DNA of 43,460 nt. It comes from a virus (Duplodnaviria; Caudoviricetes). Made by a program: the position numbers and the translations under genes. The notes under the pieces are model-generated. The model was not told where the DNA came from and searched no databases. It saw only the letters and a list, made by a program, of their open reading frames with translations. The DNA lies in the IMG/VR virus record IMGVR_UViG_3300048599_000747, positions 1 to 43,460 of that record. One strand, given 5' to 3'. Below, one piece after another: positions 9,475 to 19,506 of the stretch; positions within the stretch are counted from its first letter, which is position 1, and the number at the start of each line of letters is the position of its first letter.

Positions 9475-10008
9475 CTACAGCTTATCGATGTACGAAAGCC
9501 CTTTTCCTCCCGACGCATTTCGCACGACGGGCAATTCGTTGGCTGAGCCTAGAACAGCACCGAATCTAAAATGTACAGAAAACAACGAGTTCTGCTGAAT
9601 ACTTTGAAGCAACGTAGAAGCCTCCCGAACCGCTGAAAGAAGTGCAGAAGAGTTCTGATCCTGAGTAGCCTTAAAGTCAGGATCATTGAATAGCGACGGT
9701 TCATTGATAACTTGGTTGCCGTATCTTTCACTATTAGCGGCTGCCGATTCGATTCTCTTGCACGCTGAGTTGTAGCTATTCACCTGTACCTCAAGAGCCT
9801 TCAGCTGAGCATCAATGCTTGCTTGTTGTTCTGAAACCTGGCTCTGGTTTGGATACTTTTGAACCCCAACAGCAGTTGCCTGTTTAGTCGAATCTGCTGA
9901 CTTAAATGTCTCCTTTGGGCGAGTGACAAGCAACACAATCACGGCACCAAGAAGAAAAGAGCACAATATAGATAATGCCAAGATTAGAACGCTTTTTCCG
10001 TTTTCCAT
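9475..10008 (-). CDS. Membrane-anchored hypothetical protein (moron)
   Basis: N-terminal TM helix followed by a coiled coil; AT-richer than the flanks. Confidence 0.7.
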   Translation of the reverse strand: MENGKSVLILALSILCSFLLGAVIVLLVTRPKETFKSADSTKQATAVGVQKYPNQSQVSEQQASIDAQLKALEVQVNSYNSACKRIESAAANSERYGNQVINEPSLFNDPDFKATQDQNSSALLSAVREASTLLQSIQQNSLFSVHFRFGAVLGSANELPVVRNASGGKGLSYIDKL

Positions 10009-10019
10009 CTATTGACCAC

Positions 10020-10349
10020 CTAATGGTTACTCACTGCATGTCCTATGCTGGTTAGAGCGTTCACTACCCCATAGAAAGTTACGAGCATCGCAACGACCAA
10101 GACGGCAATTAACATCGCACTTGGAGACTCCTTAGCTTTTGGAACACTCGACTGCTTGGCTTTCGCGTTCGTCGGCAGTGTAGAGAGGTCTCTTATTGGA
10201 AGATCATCCTGCATAACGAAATCCACTGGGTTAACGCCTTGGTTGAAAGAATCCAGCAATGCGTTCTGATCGAGATCAGAAGTCCGTATGTCGGGTTTTC
10301 TTGATGCTATTAATCGGTGAACTTTAGTCAACCAGTCGATATAATTCAT
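10020..10349 (-). CDS. Hypothetical protein with a C-terminal TM helix (moron)
   Basis: Start re-called to the ATG at 10349, which lies 6 nt after TATAAT (10361-10356). Confidence 0.65.
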   Translation of the reverse strand: MNYIDWLTKVHRLIASRKPDIRTSDLDQNALLDSFNQGVNPVDFVMQDDLPIRDLSTLPTNAKAKQSSVPKAKESPSAMLIAVLVVAMLVTFYGVVNALTSIGHAVSNH

Positions 10350-10385
10350 GATCGAATTATACGCCAAGTCACCTCTAGTCGGTGT

Positions 10386-10637
10386 CTAGGTCAAAGGGAA
10401 TGACCTTTCTTGAACCGTTTTCTGAAGGCAACCCATCACTTGATGAGTGAGTCCGATGCATGTAAGGGCGTTTCCATGGAAATAGCCCATAAAGAATGAG
10501 TTCTTATCGAGATGGTCGGCGTCTCCAACAGCCACAACGGTGGCAAATCCCCACTCATGAAGCTGCCTGCACATCTCATTAACTAACTTATCAGCGGCAA
10601 TTCTTGCCTCTTCTGGTGTTTCAAAGTTGATTCCCAT
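10386..10637 (-). CDS. Hypothetical protein
   Basis: 83-aa ORF directly after the tape measure stop. Confidence 0.55.
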   Translation of the reverse strand: MGINFETPEEARIAADKLVNEMCRQLHEWGFATVVAVGDADHLDKNSFFMGYFHGNALTCIGLTHQVMGCLQKTVQERSFPLT

Positions 10638-10642
10638 AGTTG

Positions 10643-13456
10643 TTATCCACTTGGTGTATTTCGAGCGTGAACGTTGGTGGTCACATCCTCAGCGCTCTTG
10701 AAGGCTTCGACCGTCTGTGTCGTGTCCTTCAGTTTAACACCCTTCTCAGTCTCGACGATCACGCGAACCGTTACCTCTCCGTTCCCTTTGCTTTTTCCAC
10801 TGGCGGCGGCGGCAAGCATGTGACCGTTAAATCCCTGGGGGGTTCCCATTCCCGGCATTTGCATCATACGAGTCGGGAACATCCGCATGCTTCGCGTATC
10901 TTCTTCGCTTCCACCGAACGCAGGATTAACGATTCCACGAAGGGAAGCTTCACGCCGGGTGAACTGGCTCATCATCAAACGACCCTGGCTAGGCATGTTA
11001 TAAGCCTCACTTATGAGGTTTTCTTGCCAACCTTGATCGTAACGAGCAGCTAGACCGACTTGAGACTGCCGGACGGCATTGGCCGACTCGGCATAGTCAC
11101 CTTCCATGCCTTCGGTCCACCGCCCTTGGCTGATAAGCTTCGAGCGATTAGAAGAAAGATCTTGCAACCTCTTCTGATTCAGTTGCATTTGCTGCATAAG
11201 ATTTCCGCGTAGTGCTCCAGGACTTCCACCAAACCCGGCTTCGTAGATCGCCGATTGTGTGTCCAGATTCGAGCGCAAAGCCCGATCCTTTCCACTTTCT
11301 GGCACGGTTGCCATACCTCTAAGAGTCTGTTCAGAGGTGAGCTTTAGGCTCATTATCTCTCGGTCCTTGGCTCTCACTTCAGGGCTTTTCAGGTCGAAAC
11401 CGGCCTTGATCAAATCCGTGCGTTCCTTCTCGGCGGACGAAACATCATTCAATGATGCGGAGTAGAGCTTTGAATATGCTTCACTTGCATCGGCGCCACC
11501 TACTCCACGAATAAGGCTCTTCTTGGGGTTAAAAGTCCCAAGAACGTTTTCGGTGTCCCGTTCCATTCTTCCCGCCTGGGCAGTCGCGAGGGCTGAGGCC
11601 TTTCTAGCCTGTTCTTCGCTCACCTTAAGCTGTTGAATCTCCGTTTGGAGTTGGAGTTTCTCCTCATAGGTGATGTACCGCGAGGTGTCGAGGATGTTCT
11701 TAAGCACCTTCTCACGCTCCTGGAGGACCTTGAGCTGCGCGTCGTATTGTCCGGCTTGTTCTTGAGCGGATCCAAACATGAATCCATGCGCCCCTTGTGC
11801 CATCATCTCGGCTCCTTTGAGCGTCTGTTCGGATAGGATTGTGCGGTTACGGGCTTGCTCTTGTTGTCTTGGGACTCCGACTGAGGCTTTATGTCTGAGA
11901 TCTGCAACCTGGTTTTCGATCTGCGTGCGCTCAGCTGGACTAAGCATTCCGGCAGCGGCCTTGTCGCGCATAAGCCTTTCGAGTTCCGATGCACTTGTTT
12001 CGTAGGATCGCTGAAGCTCATTCCATGGCAGTGTGTCATAACGACCTCCACCGAACAAGGCTTTCTCCATCCCTCTTGAAGCTGATCCCATCAAAGATTC
12101 TGCATGAGCAGAAACTTCGGCACCCATGGCGCCAAATCGTCTTTCTTTGTCCACTAGATCGGCGGTTTTCAATAAGGCGTCCGCTTCAAAATCGAGTGCC
12201 TTAGCCTGACCCGGATTATGGCTTTGACTCATCAGTCGAGCTTGAGCCCTTTTGTGTGCGGCCAAAGAAAGCATCGCCGATTTCTCTGCTTCGGCTTCAC
12301 CCCTACCTGCCTGAGATCCACCATAGCGAACCGCAAGTCCGGCTGTTAACCCGTAGTAGCTAATTGCTCCTTCATCTCCGGCCATGTCATCTGGGAGTGT
12401 AATGGCCAAAGCTGCTCGCTTTTCCGCGATTCCTGCAAGCTTGGTTTTTCCTCTTCTTCTCAGAATCGCTGCATTGACGGGGTTCTTGTAAGCCGTATCA
12501 AGGAGCATGTCGTCGTCCTCTTCATCGGTCCAAGTGTCTCCTAACCTTGGAAGTCTGCCCCCTCTTTTCTTGATGGCCCCAGGTGAGTAGAGAGCTTCAT
12601 GAATGGACTTATCGTAAGCATCTCTGAGGAACGGGGAATTGAGTTCCCTGGATTTATGAAAAGCATAGGCTGGCAAGGGGACTCCCGATTGAAGCCAAGC
12701 CATTTGCTGATCAAGCTCACCTTGGGTCATGCCCTGTGAAGATCTTATGATTCGGCCGTTTACTCCTCTTCCGTCGCTCATGCCATAGCCAGACTTCATC
12801 AAACTCAACATGTCGTCGAAGGCAATGTCCTTCTTGATGATAGGTTCCATCGTGCTTTGCCAAATCGAACCTACGCCACTACCGATACCTGCACCAACAA
12901 GCGCTCCAGGAGGACCACCCAATGAAAAACCTATTCCTGCGCCAATGCTCGTAAAAGCAAGTGCTCCAGCACCAGGTATCAATGATTCAGCGTGAAATGG
13001 CTTACCTGTAACCACACTCTGAGAGTAACCTCCGGCAAATTGCCTCAGAATATCCATAGACTGGCTATATGCCATTTGGCCGCCAATTGCGGCACCCAGA
13101 TCCCTTAGCGTTAGGTTGGTATCGGTTCCTGGAGGTGGTGCACCTCCACCAGCCCCACCTGCATGAGCGGGAGTGTTCGCGGGTATTGTCGCGGCACCGG
13201 GGCCACCTGCGTTTGCTGCAGCATGGCTCAAAGTCGTCGGAGGGGTGCTGGGAGAAGGGGGAAGAGCGTTAGCGGCTGCGACTTGCCCACCGGATGAGGA
13301 CGCCACCGTGGGGGCTCCGGAACCCGTAGGCGTTCCCCCCGGTCCCCCATAGATGCCATTTAACTCGGCAATCTGAGCCTTGAGCTGGGCCACCATCTGC
13401 ATCGCCTCGGTAAATCCCTGCGCCTGTAGTTTCAGAATGGCAATCGATTCGCTCAT
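10643..13456 (-). CDS. Tail tape measure protein
   Basis: 937 aa, Ala/Gly/Gln-rich and helical, with a glycine-zipper segment GAGIGFSLGGPPGALVGAGIGSGVG; lies downstream of the tail tube gene. Confidence 0.8.
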   Translation of the reverse strand: MSESIAILKLQAQGFTEAMQMVAQLKAQIAELNGIYGGPGGTPTGSGAPTVASSSGGQVAAANALPPSPSTPPTTLSHAAANAGGPGAATIPANTPAHAGGAGGGAPPPGTDTNLTLRDLGAAIGGQMAYSQSMDILRQFAGGYSQSVVTGKPFHAESLIPGAGALAFTSIGAGIGFSLGGPPGALVGAGIGSGVGSIWQSTMEPIIKKDIAFDDMLSLMKSGYGMSDGRGVNGRIIRSSQGMTQGELDQQMAWLQSGVPLPAYAFHKSRELNSPFLRDAYDKSIHEALYSPGAIKKRGGRLPRLGDTWTDEEDDDMLLDTAYKNPVNAAILRRRGKTKLAGIAEKRAALAITLPDDMAGDEGAISYYGLTAGLAVRYGGSQAGRGEAEAEKSAMLSLAAHKRAQARLMSQSHNPGQAKALDFEADALLKTADLVDKERRFGAMGAEVSAHAESLMGSASRGMEKALFGGGRYDTLPWNELQRSYETSASELERLMRDKAAAGMLSPAERTQIENQVADLRHKASVGVPRQQEQARNRTILSEQTLKGAEMMAQGAHGFMFGSAQEQAGQYDAQLKVLQEREKVLKNILDTSRYITYEEKLQLQTEIQQLKVSEEQARKASALATAQAGRMERDTENVLGTFNPKKSLIRGVGGADASEAYSKLYSASLNDVSSAEKERTDLIKAGFDLKSPEVRAKDREIMSLKLTSEQTLRGMATVPESGKDRALRSNLDTQSAIYEAGFGGSPGALRGNLMQQMQLNQKRLQDLSSNRSKLISQGRWTEGMEGDYAESANAVRQSQVGLAARYDQGWQENLISEAYNMPSQGRLMMSQFTRREASLRGIVNPAFGGSEEDTRSMRMFPTRMMQMPGMGTPQGFNGHMLAAAASGKSKGNGEVTVRVIVETEKGVKLKDTTQTVEAFKSAEDVTTNVHARNTPSG

Positions 13457-13520
13457 GCGCTTTCAGACGGATCATCGCATGAGTGAGGCTAAAATGAGCA
13501 CGAACTGATATACTCGCCCA

Positions 13521-13832
13521 ATGGATAAGGTATCAGAACTCCGGGTGATGATTGCCAAGGCGAAGACTCTGTTCTGCTTGATCGAGGTAGGCCTACTGGC
13601 GAATAGAAGCGCTACACCGCCTGGATTCTACGAATCAGGGATTCAAACGATGCTGAAGGTCGGAGAGTGGGACCAGATGTTGGACGACATTAAGAATGAC
13701 CCTGACTCCTTACTCAGTCTCGACAGTTCCATCGAAGATATAAAGGCCGTTCTCAGGGAACTAGAACCATTTTGGCCCGTTGCCATTGACATCGCACGTC
13801 CTGTATTCCCTGAGCTGTTTGAGAGAATCTAG
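13521..13832 (+). CDS. Hypothetical moron protein on the opposite strand
   Basis: Extended -10 TGaTATACT (13506-13514), then 6 nt, then ATG. Fills the gap between tail tube and tape measure genes. Confidence 0.65.
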   Translation: MDKVSELRVMIAKAKTLFCLIEVGLLANRSATPPGFYESGIQTMLKVGEWDQMLDDIKNDPDSLLSLDSSIEDIKAVLRELEPFWPVAIDIARPVFPELFERI

Positions 13833-14662
13833 CTGATGGTGATAGGCTTGTTCGTTGAGTCACCTTGTACAAGGCAGTTATAGCTAACGAATGCTTGACT
13901 CAGGTCGCCATGTCCGTCGTTGGGATTTTCTGGGATCACCTTCGTGAGCGATAGGGTATTCGTTGTCGCTCCCGCGAGTGCGACTGTGATCGTTGCGCCG
14001 TCCGCGAATGGTTCTGATCCAGTCTGGCGAGAGTCAAACGTAAAGGTAGCTCCAGCCGTAGCAACACCCGCATCCCATGAAGAAAGCGATTTTGTTCCGT
14101 CGAGAGGACCGTTCGGAACGTGAGAGTTGCTATAGGTGATTTCAGCCCCATAGATATTGCCCGTAATTCCACCAATTGTGACCTTGTCGTACATGAGCGA
14201 TGCAGAAGCATCAATCGTGTTCGAATAGTCCGTGGGTAAGGCGGTAGCTGGAATTGGAATACCAGGCGCCACGAAAACGACCGACAGACCAACCATCATG
14301 CCCTTTGCTATGGTCAGAGTGAATGCTTCGGCTTTGGAGTTTGCAAGCGTAAATGTCTTGATGCCGTTATGGGCGATGATCGTCGACGGTGATGTATCGT
14401 CGAGGCCTCCAGCCCAAGTTCGCGCCAAGAAGAGGTTAAAGAAGGTCTTTGCCGCGCTGAGGACTTCACCCGTCTTTTCACGCACCATCATCGATGCAGT
14501 AAAACGAGTCGTTTTGAGCCCTTCAGAAAAGTTCGTGCTCCATGAGTTGCCAACCGGATTCGGAGCGATGAGGTTCCGTGGGTTCGGCATCTGCCAATTG
14601 AAAACGGGGTATTTGACGCCCCCGATTGAAACGTATCCATGTCGTCCTTGAGGGATGCTCAT
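13829..14662 (-). CDS. Major tail (tube) protein
   Basis: MSIPQGRHGYVSIG start, Thr/Ser/Gly-rich beta composition, EITYSN motif, and position before the tape measure gene. Confidence 0.7.
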   Translation of the reverse strand: MSIPQGRHGYVSIGGVKYPVFNWQMPNPRNLIAPNPVGNSWSTNFSEGLKTTRFTASMMVREKTGEVLSAAKTFFNLFLARTWAGGLDDTSPSTIIAHNGIKTFTLANSKAEAFTLTIAKGMMVGLSVVFVAPGIPIPATALPTDYSNTIDASASLMYDKVTIGGITGNIYGAEITYSNSHVPNGPLDGTKSLSSWDAGVATAGATFTFDSRQTGSEPFADGATITVALAGATTNTLSLTKVIPENPNDGHGDLSQAFVSYNCLVQGDSTNKPITIS

Positions 14663-14663
14663 A

Positions 14664-15158
14664 TTAGTTGTCCTCCGATCCGACGATCGCCTCGATCTTT
14701 CTCATGGCGTCCTCGGTGATGGTTATTGGGCGCGCCGGCAGTCCCCTGCCTGAGCCCGTTTGGTGGTAGGCCGCATAATCAAGCGACGAACCGAATGTCA
14801 GCGTGTCGCCGTCGATCTCTTCTATGTGGTCGGGATCCTGTTTCTGGGTCCAGCTCGAAAAAAGAGCTCCCGATCGAATCAGGATGTTCTCAGGTCCAAA
14901 TACTCCGTTCTGCTTGAGGGATTGAACCTCTTCGCCTTTTTGGTTATGGCGAGGGTAGCCTGCCGCTCGCTTTTGTCTGATCGTGCTCGTTGCGAGTGGC
15001 TTCCACGAAGGGATTCCTCCCGACTGAAACTGAGCGATAACATCCGATCGAATGATTTCGGCAGCTTGCTGGAGGATGTTCCGTGGATCAACATTTTGCT
15101 CAAGCGCCGATAGTGTCTTGATCCACTCAGAAGCGTCGAGCGAGTAGGTGATATTCAC
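14664..15158 (-). CDS. Virion morphogenesis / tail completion protein (Mu gpG-like)
   Basis: WKPLATST, LIRSGAL, FGSSLDYAAYHQTG and LPARP motifs. Confidence 0.88.
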   Translation of the reverse strand: MNITYSLDASEWIKTLSALEQNVDPRNILQQAAEIIRSDVIAQFQSGGIPSWKPLATSTIRQKRAAGYPRHNQKGEEVQSLKQNGVFGPENILIRSGALFSSWTQKQDPDHIEEIDGDTLTFGSSLDYAAYHQTGSGRGLPARPITITEDAMRKIEAIVGSEDN

Positions 15159-15994
15159 GGCAGGAGTGGTCTCCCAGCCGGTCTTGCGGCTTCTACATAG
15201 ATCGAGCCGGCCGTTATGCCGACAGCGGCAGAGATCGCCGATACGGCCCCTATTAGCGAGTTGGCAGGTGCTGGGGTTGCTCCACCGGGAACCAGGGTGA
15301 AAACGCCGTTAGCGTTGACTGTGGCCGTCCATGTCATGCCGGCGGTTGCTGTCTTGGTCGCCGGATCGTAAGCCGTGCCGGTCACGGTGACGAGTCCCGT
15401 ACCTGTGATCCCCGACGCCTTGAGCTGAGGGAATCCACCTGCATACATCGAAGTGTCGATCGTTTGACCAACGGAGTATCCCGTTCCAACGACAAACTTA
15501 GCGAGTCCATTGGCATAAGTCGCCCCTTGAAGAACCTCGAAATAAAGGTTCCATGCGCTTGGATAAACGCCCGTCTGCCACGAGCTCGCAAGGTCGCGCC
15601 AATAGGGATGCTGCAGAGCTTGCCATTTGGTTGCCTGAGACACGTTGAGGTAGGTCAGATAATCGTCCAGGCTTCTCACGTTGGGGACCTGGAATCGCGT
15701 CACATGGCCTTGCAACGCCGACAGTATCGGGGCAAGGTTGTTTGCGGCTTGACCGACTCCATTAACCGAAAGATCAAGGGTTTGGATCGGCTGCACGAGT
15801 GCGGCGATCGGGTCTAGATCGCTGATCGTGGTGACGAGGACGGTCTTAAGATCGGTGATCGCACCGACTGCGCCCCATACACCTCCACTCACGCCGACGC
15901 CGTAGCCAGAGGCCTGCGTTCCAACATATCGAAGTGCGAACCTCACACAGGGATCCAATACAGCGTTTAGGTCGGATGCAACGATAACACTCAT
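15155..15994 (-). CDS. Putative virion structural protein
   Basis: 279 aa, Ala/Gly/Thr/Val-rich, coupled between neck genes. Confidence 0.6.
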   Translation of the reverse strand: MSVIVASDLNAVLDPCVRFALRYVGTQASGYGVGVSGGVWGAVGAITDLKTVLVTTISDLDPIAALVQPIQTLDLSVNGVGQAANNLAPILSALQGHVTRFQVPNVRSLDDYLTYLNVSQATKWQALQHPYWRDLASSWQTGVYPSAWNLYFEVLQGATYANGLAKFVVGTGYSVGQTIDTSMYAGGFPQLKASGITGTGLVTVTGTAYDPATKTATAGMTWTATVNANGVFTLVPGGATPAPANSLIGAVSAISAAVGITAGSIYVEAARPAGRPLLP

Positions 15995-16449
15995 AGGCCT
16001 GATCCTCGAACTCCATGAACTGGCTTAAAAATCTTCTTGGCGGGGGAAACTGAAATATCCTGAGCCTCTTCGAGCTCAGTTACTTTCATGGTTTGGTCGA
16101 CAATCCCCTTGAGGATCGCATCACCGCGCTTTTCTAGCGACCTGCCGTAGGGATTCGCAACCATCTGCCCGGCTTCATTCTGTGCGTAGGTTTGCATCTC
16201 GATCATAGCCGCGGTCTTCAGGTTTGCGAGTGCGATAACGGCCTTAGGGGGGGTGACATTGAGAACGACTCCGGTTGAACTCACAGGCCAATAAAACCGC
16301 TCAGACAGGACCAGGTCAATCTCGACGTCGACGATATCGGCCGCTGCCGTAATTTCGTCGATTGAGAGCTGGCTCTTTCGGTTTCGGCACAAGTTCCGGA
16401 CTGCGTCTTCTTTTGCATACATGATGTAGGTCTTTGGGGTTCGAGCCAT
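15991..16449 (-). CDS. Head-tail adaptor (Mu gp36/DUF1320-like)
   Basis: MYAKEDAVR...EIDLVLSERFYWP pattern; immediately after the capsid gene. Confidence 0.7.
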   Translation of the reverse strand: MARTPKTYIMYAKEDAVRNLCRNRKSQLSIDEITAAADIVDVEIDLVLSERFYWPVSSTGVVLNVTPPKAVIALANLKTAAMIEMQTYAQNEAGQMVANPYGRSLEKRGDAILKGIVDQTMKVTELEEAQDISVSPAKKIFKPVHGVRGSGL

Positions 16450-16485
16450 CCAAGCTCGAACCCCTATTTGCGTTGCCTTTGAGGG

Positions 16486-17412
16486 CTAGGTCGTCACGTC
16501 CGTGAGAAGAGCTCCGCATTCCTTCGCAATAAGCTTAGGCGTGTAGTTGGCCTCATACTCGTAGATGTCGGCTTTTCGGCTTTTCTCGAACCAAGAGGTG
16601 ACCTCCTCATATTCCATGAGAGTCGCCCCGTAGGTGACGCTCTTGTATCCTGGTCCACTCGGATTCACATAACCAAGCCAGATGTCGTCGGACATGATTC
16701 GAGAAAGAGCTGGGGGTTGGCCCTTCCTCGCCGTATTGATGAGGGATTTCACGTAAATCACGTTCATCCCGTACATGTTCGGCGGGAGATCGGCGGCACC
16801 GCCTTCCTTCCAGATGTTCACGGTGTATTTGTTCTCGTCCTTCCACTCGGCCGTTCGCATGATCCAGCGCGCCACAAGAGGCGTCAGAACGATCGTGTTC
16901 GGCGTAAAGCCGCAACCGATTTCAACTGCATTGATTGCGGCCTCTAGATCTGTTCTTGGTGATGCCGTGGTGAGGTTGGACCAGTTAAGAGCGTTTGAGT
17001 AGATGTTATTGGCCGCGGTGCGACAAATACCACCCGTTCCAAACATGCGAATCTCGTAGTTGTTCCAAACGAGTTGTTTCAGATACTCGGTTGTCGACGA
17101 TTCAAGGTCAACCTGGCTGTCCCAGTTTTTGCGCATGTCTTGCGTGATCGGCTCGTTAAGAGCATGTTTCTCGCAAACATACGGCTCGTATCGCCAGCCT
17201 CTTGAGACTTCATTCGACTCGTCGCCATCCGCGCGGGTGTCGTCGGCCGTGTTGAACATCGACTTGTCGAACACCGAATACACATCTGCGCGGTTCTCGA
17301 CCGGAACAACTGGGAACAGGTTGCGAGCAACGAGCTCAGGCGGCGTGAACTGAACCGCCAGATTCGTCATGACTTTGTTGTAGTGAACTTGAGTGCTTCT
17401 TCCAATTGCCAC
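16486..17412 (-). CDS. Major capsid protein
   Basis: GTG start at 17412 with AGGAGG. Motifs MTNLAV, LFPVVPV, GFTPNTIVL and YGAT; follows the protease and decoration genes. Confidence 0.88.
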   Translation of the reverse strand: MAIGRSTQVHYNKVMTNLAVQFTPPELVARNLFPVVPVENRADVYSVFDKSMFNTADDTRADGDESNEVSRGWRYEPYVCEKHALNEPITQDMRKNWDSQVDLESSTTEYLKQLVWNNYEIRMFGTGGICRTAANNIYSNALNWSNLTTASPRTDLEAAINAVEIGCGFTPNTIVLTPLVARWIMRTAEWKDENKYTVNIWKEGGAADLPPNMYGMNVIYVKSLINTARKGQPPALSRIMSDDIWLGYVNPSGPGYKSVTYGATLMEYEEVTSWFEKSRKADIYEYEANYTPKLIAKECGALLTDVTT

Positions 17413-17425
17413 TTGTTGTTCCTCC

Positions 17426-18007
17426 TTAGCCGTAGAGTGGGCCGCGCATAAGCTCGACCGGAATGACGTCGTATTGGGCAGTGGCCGGAGCCATAGCGAT
17501 TCCAATGGGGTAGAAGATCGTGTTCGTGCCGGCACCTGTGGTCGGAACGAGAGCGGGGTCGTCAGCCATCGCCAGGTTATACGTGAGCGTCGCTCGCGGA
17601 TCAAACGGCAAGAGCATTTCGAGTAATGAGGTGAGAGGCGTTTGAACGGTCGTTCGAGTAGCGAGAGCGGTGCTAAAAAGCATGGCGTCGGCTGCGACAG
17701 CCGCGTTTACCATGACTTCAGCGATGCCCTCGGTGATGACAAGAAGCTCATCGCCAGAAAAGGCTGCGTTCGCCGTTACACCGATGACCCTTCGAGCCGA
17801 CATCGTGGCGCCGAGGATAACGGCCGTTGGCATCGGAACAACAAGTTGACCGATTGCAGCTCGAGTAACGCCGGCGGCGATGGCCGCGGTGACTTCAGCT
17901 GCAGTAGCCAGTCCAACGATTTGGAACGGAGCGATTGGGTTCGCACCCGCGCCAGGAGAGTCCCAATAGACAAACCCTTTTGTCTGTTCTGTTCTTCGTC
18001 CAGCCAT
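17426..18007 (-). CDS. Capsid decoration/cement protein (DUF2190-like)
   Basis: IGVT...GD...VITEGIAEV and IGIAMAPATAQYDVIPV motifs; lies between protease and capsid genes. Confidence 0.7.
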   Translation of the reverse strand: MAGRRTEQTKGFVYWDSPGAGANPIAPFQIVGLATAAEVTAAIAAGVTRAAIGQLVVPMPTAVILGATMSARRVIGVTANAAFSGDELLVITEGIAEVMVNAAVAADAMLFSTALATRTTVQTPLTSLLEMLLPFDPRATLTYNLAMADDPALVPTTGAGTNTIFYPIGIAMAPATAQYDVIPVELMRGPLYG

Positions 18008-18010
18008 GGG

Positions 18011-19186
18011 TTATTTACCTCCCCTGATCTTTCGCTCGGCGAGAACCAGCGCCTGGCGATAGGAGAGTTTGGGATTCTCTTTCATCGCGGCCTTGGCTTC
18101 CTTGTCGAGCTTGTCGTCGTCGTCATCCGAGTTATCCGGACTGCCGTCTTCGTCGAGCACCGCTTCCTTTTCGGGATCGGTGGCAATTGAGTCAGGGAGT
18201 TGGTTCAACACGTCGAGCACTGACTCAACGACGTCTAGCTTGTCAACTCCGTCGCCTTCACCTTCGTCCAGCTTCTTCTTGCATCCGAGTTGAACGACCG
18301 AGGTTCCCGTTGAAACGAGCGCCTCAGAAAGGGCGAACACTTTCTTATAGATGGGGACTGTGATCTTGCCTTTGCGGGCAAGACTTGCGAGCTGAGATTT
18401 GACCTCACCGAGTCGAAGCTTCGTCTGGGTTTCCAGGTTCGACTTTTGAACGTCGGTCAGTTGAGCCTTGAGTGTCTCATTTGCTTTGACCAGTTCAGTA
18501 AGCTTCACCTCGCTTTCCGATAGTTTGGCGGCGCTTCCGCTGCCCGCCTTGGCTTCGGCAAGCTGAGCCCTGAGAGCGTCATTTTCGGCTTGTAGCTCTT
18601 CTGGCGTCTTAGGCATATTTGCCTCCTTTTGGGTGGTTTTTTGCGGTTTGTTGCCGCCTGCCCCGGATTCTCCGGGAACATCGTCTTTGCCCTTGAACTC
18701 TGAAAGGTTCACGGGCTCAATGGGAGCCATGCGCTTGATGTAGGGGCGGTTGGTGAGCGCCAGGCCCTCAAACACTTGCTTTGTCGCCTTGTCCTCAGGA
18801 TCGAACCAGGCGAGGTCAAGTTCACTGGAACAATAAGCGAGAGACCCCTCGTCGACGAGTTCTTTTGTTTTCTCGTCAGTGACATCAAACAGCGCAAAAA
18901 GATGGTCGCCGTCCGCGGAGAGTTCGAGCTGCTTCACCCAGCCACAATCATCGGCGTCATTGTCTGAGTGAGCTGTGCTCTCATCTCCATCTTTTGCACG
19001 GCCATCCACAGGCACTTCGTAGCCCTTTGCTCCTAGGTCGAAGTTATATTTGAGCTCTTTGAGTAGCTCCTTGGTAACATTCAGACCGCCGGCAATTGGG
19101 TAGTCCCAATGGCCAACGCGGAGCGCCTCAACGCGGTACAGGTCGCCTGAAGGTGAGATCTCGCTTAGGAAAAAAACCGTTTTCAC
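18011..19186 (-). CDS. Mu-like prohead protease with C-terminal scaffold
   Basis: GWVKQL, YCSSEL and GLALTNRPYIKRMAPI motifs; coiled-coil C-terminus with an internal Met after AAGGAGG (MPKTPEELQ) typical of a nested scaffold. Confidence 0.88.
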   Translation of the reverse strand: MKTVFFLSEISPSGDLYRVEALRVGHWDYPIAGGLNVTKELLKELKYNFDLGAKGYEVPVDGRAKDGDESTAHSDNDADDCGWVKQLELSADGDHLFALFDVTDEKTKELVDEGSLAYCSSELDLAWFDPEDKATKQVFEGLALTNRPYIKRMAPIEPVNLSEFKGKDDVPGESGAGGNKPQKTTQKEANMPKTPEELQAENDALRAQLAEAKAGSGSAAKLSESEVKLTELVKANETLKAQLTDVQKSNLETQTKLRLGEVKSQLASLARKGKITVPIYKKVFALSEALVSTGTSVVQLGCKKKLDEGEGDGVDKLDVVESVLDVLNQLPDSIATDPEKEAVLDEDGSPDNSDDDDDKLDKEAKAAMKENPKLSYRQALVLAERKIRGGK

Positions 19187-19506
19187 CAGTGTCTCTCCAC
19201 GTCTCGCTCATCCGCGAATCCACTAGGCTGTTTGCTAACTACGGGGCACTTGCCCAAGGCCAAGGTCATCGCCTTAAGTTCGGTCGTTTGGTCAGCGATC
19301 GCCTTTGTCTGAGAATCAAGCAGTTCCCATTGCTTGGAATAGCGCTCCTCGTCCTTGGTGGCTCGCTGTTCGAGATAGCTAAAGTAGCGATCCGTGACCG
19401 CTCCTGTTCGCTGCTCACTCCACTTGACGAGCCAAACGACCAGCCCAATGACGGTGCTCAAGATCGCGGTAAGGGACACAAACCAGACGGTCGGGTTGTC
19501 GGTCAT
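19183..19506 (-). CDS. Holin-like single-TM protein
   Basis: N-terminal TM helix and a charged coiled-coil C-terminus. Confidence 0.45.
   Translation of the reverse strand: MTDNPTVWFVSLTAILSTVIGLVVWLVKWSEQRTGAVTDRYFSYLEQRATKDEERYSKQWELLDSQTKAIADQTTELKAMTLALGKCPVVSKQPSGFADERDVERHW

Noticed and set aside
14610-14635. Other ATTGAAAC occurrences (here and near 27294) as CRISPR repeats
   Set aside because: They lie inside coding sequence and have no preceding palindrome.
17413-17604. N-terminal extensions in the ORF track (capsid, mom, terS, Sak4-like, Gam-like, GT9)
   Set aside because: They overlap upstream genes; downstream starts with an SD or stop-start coupling fit better.
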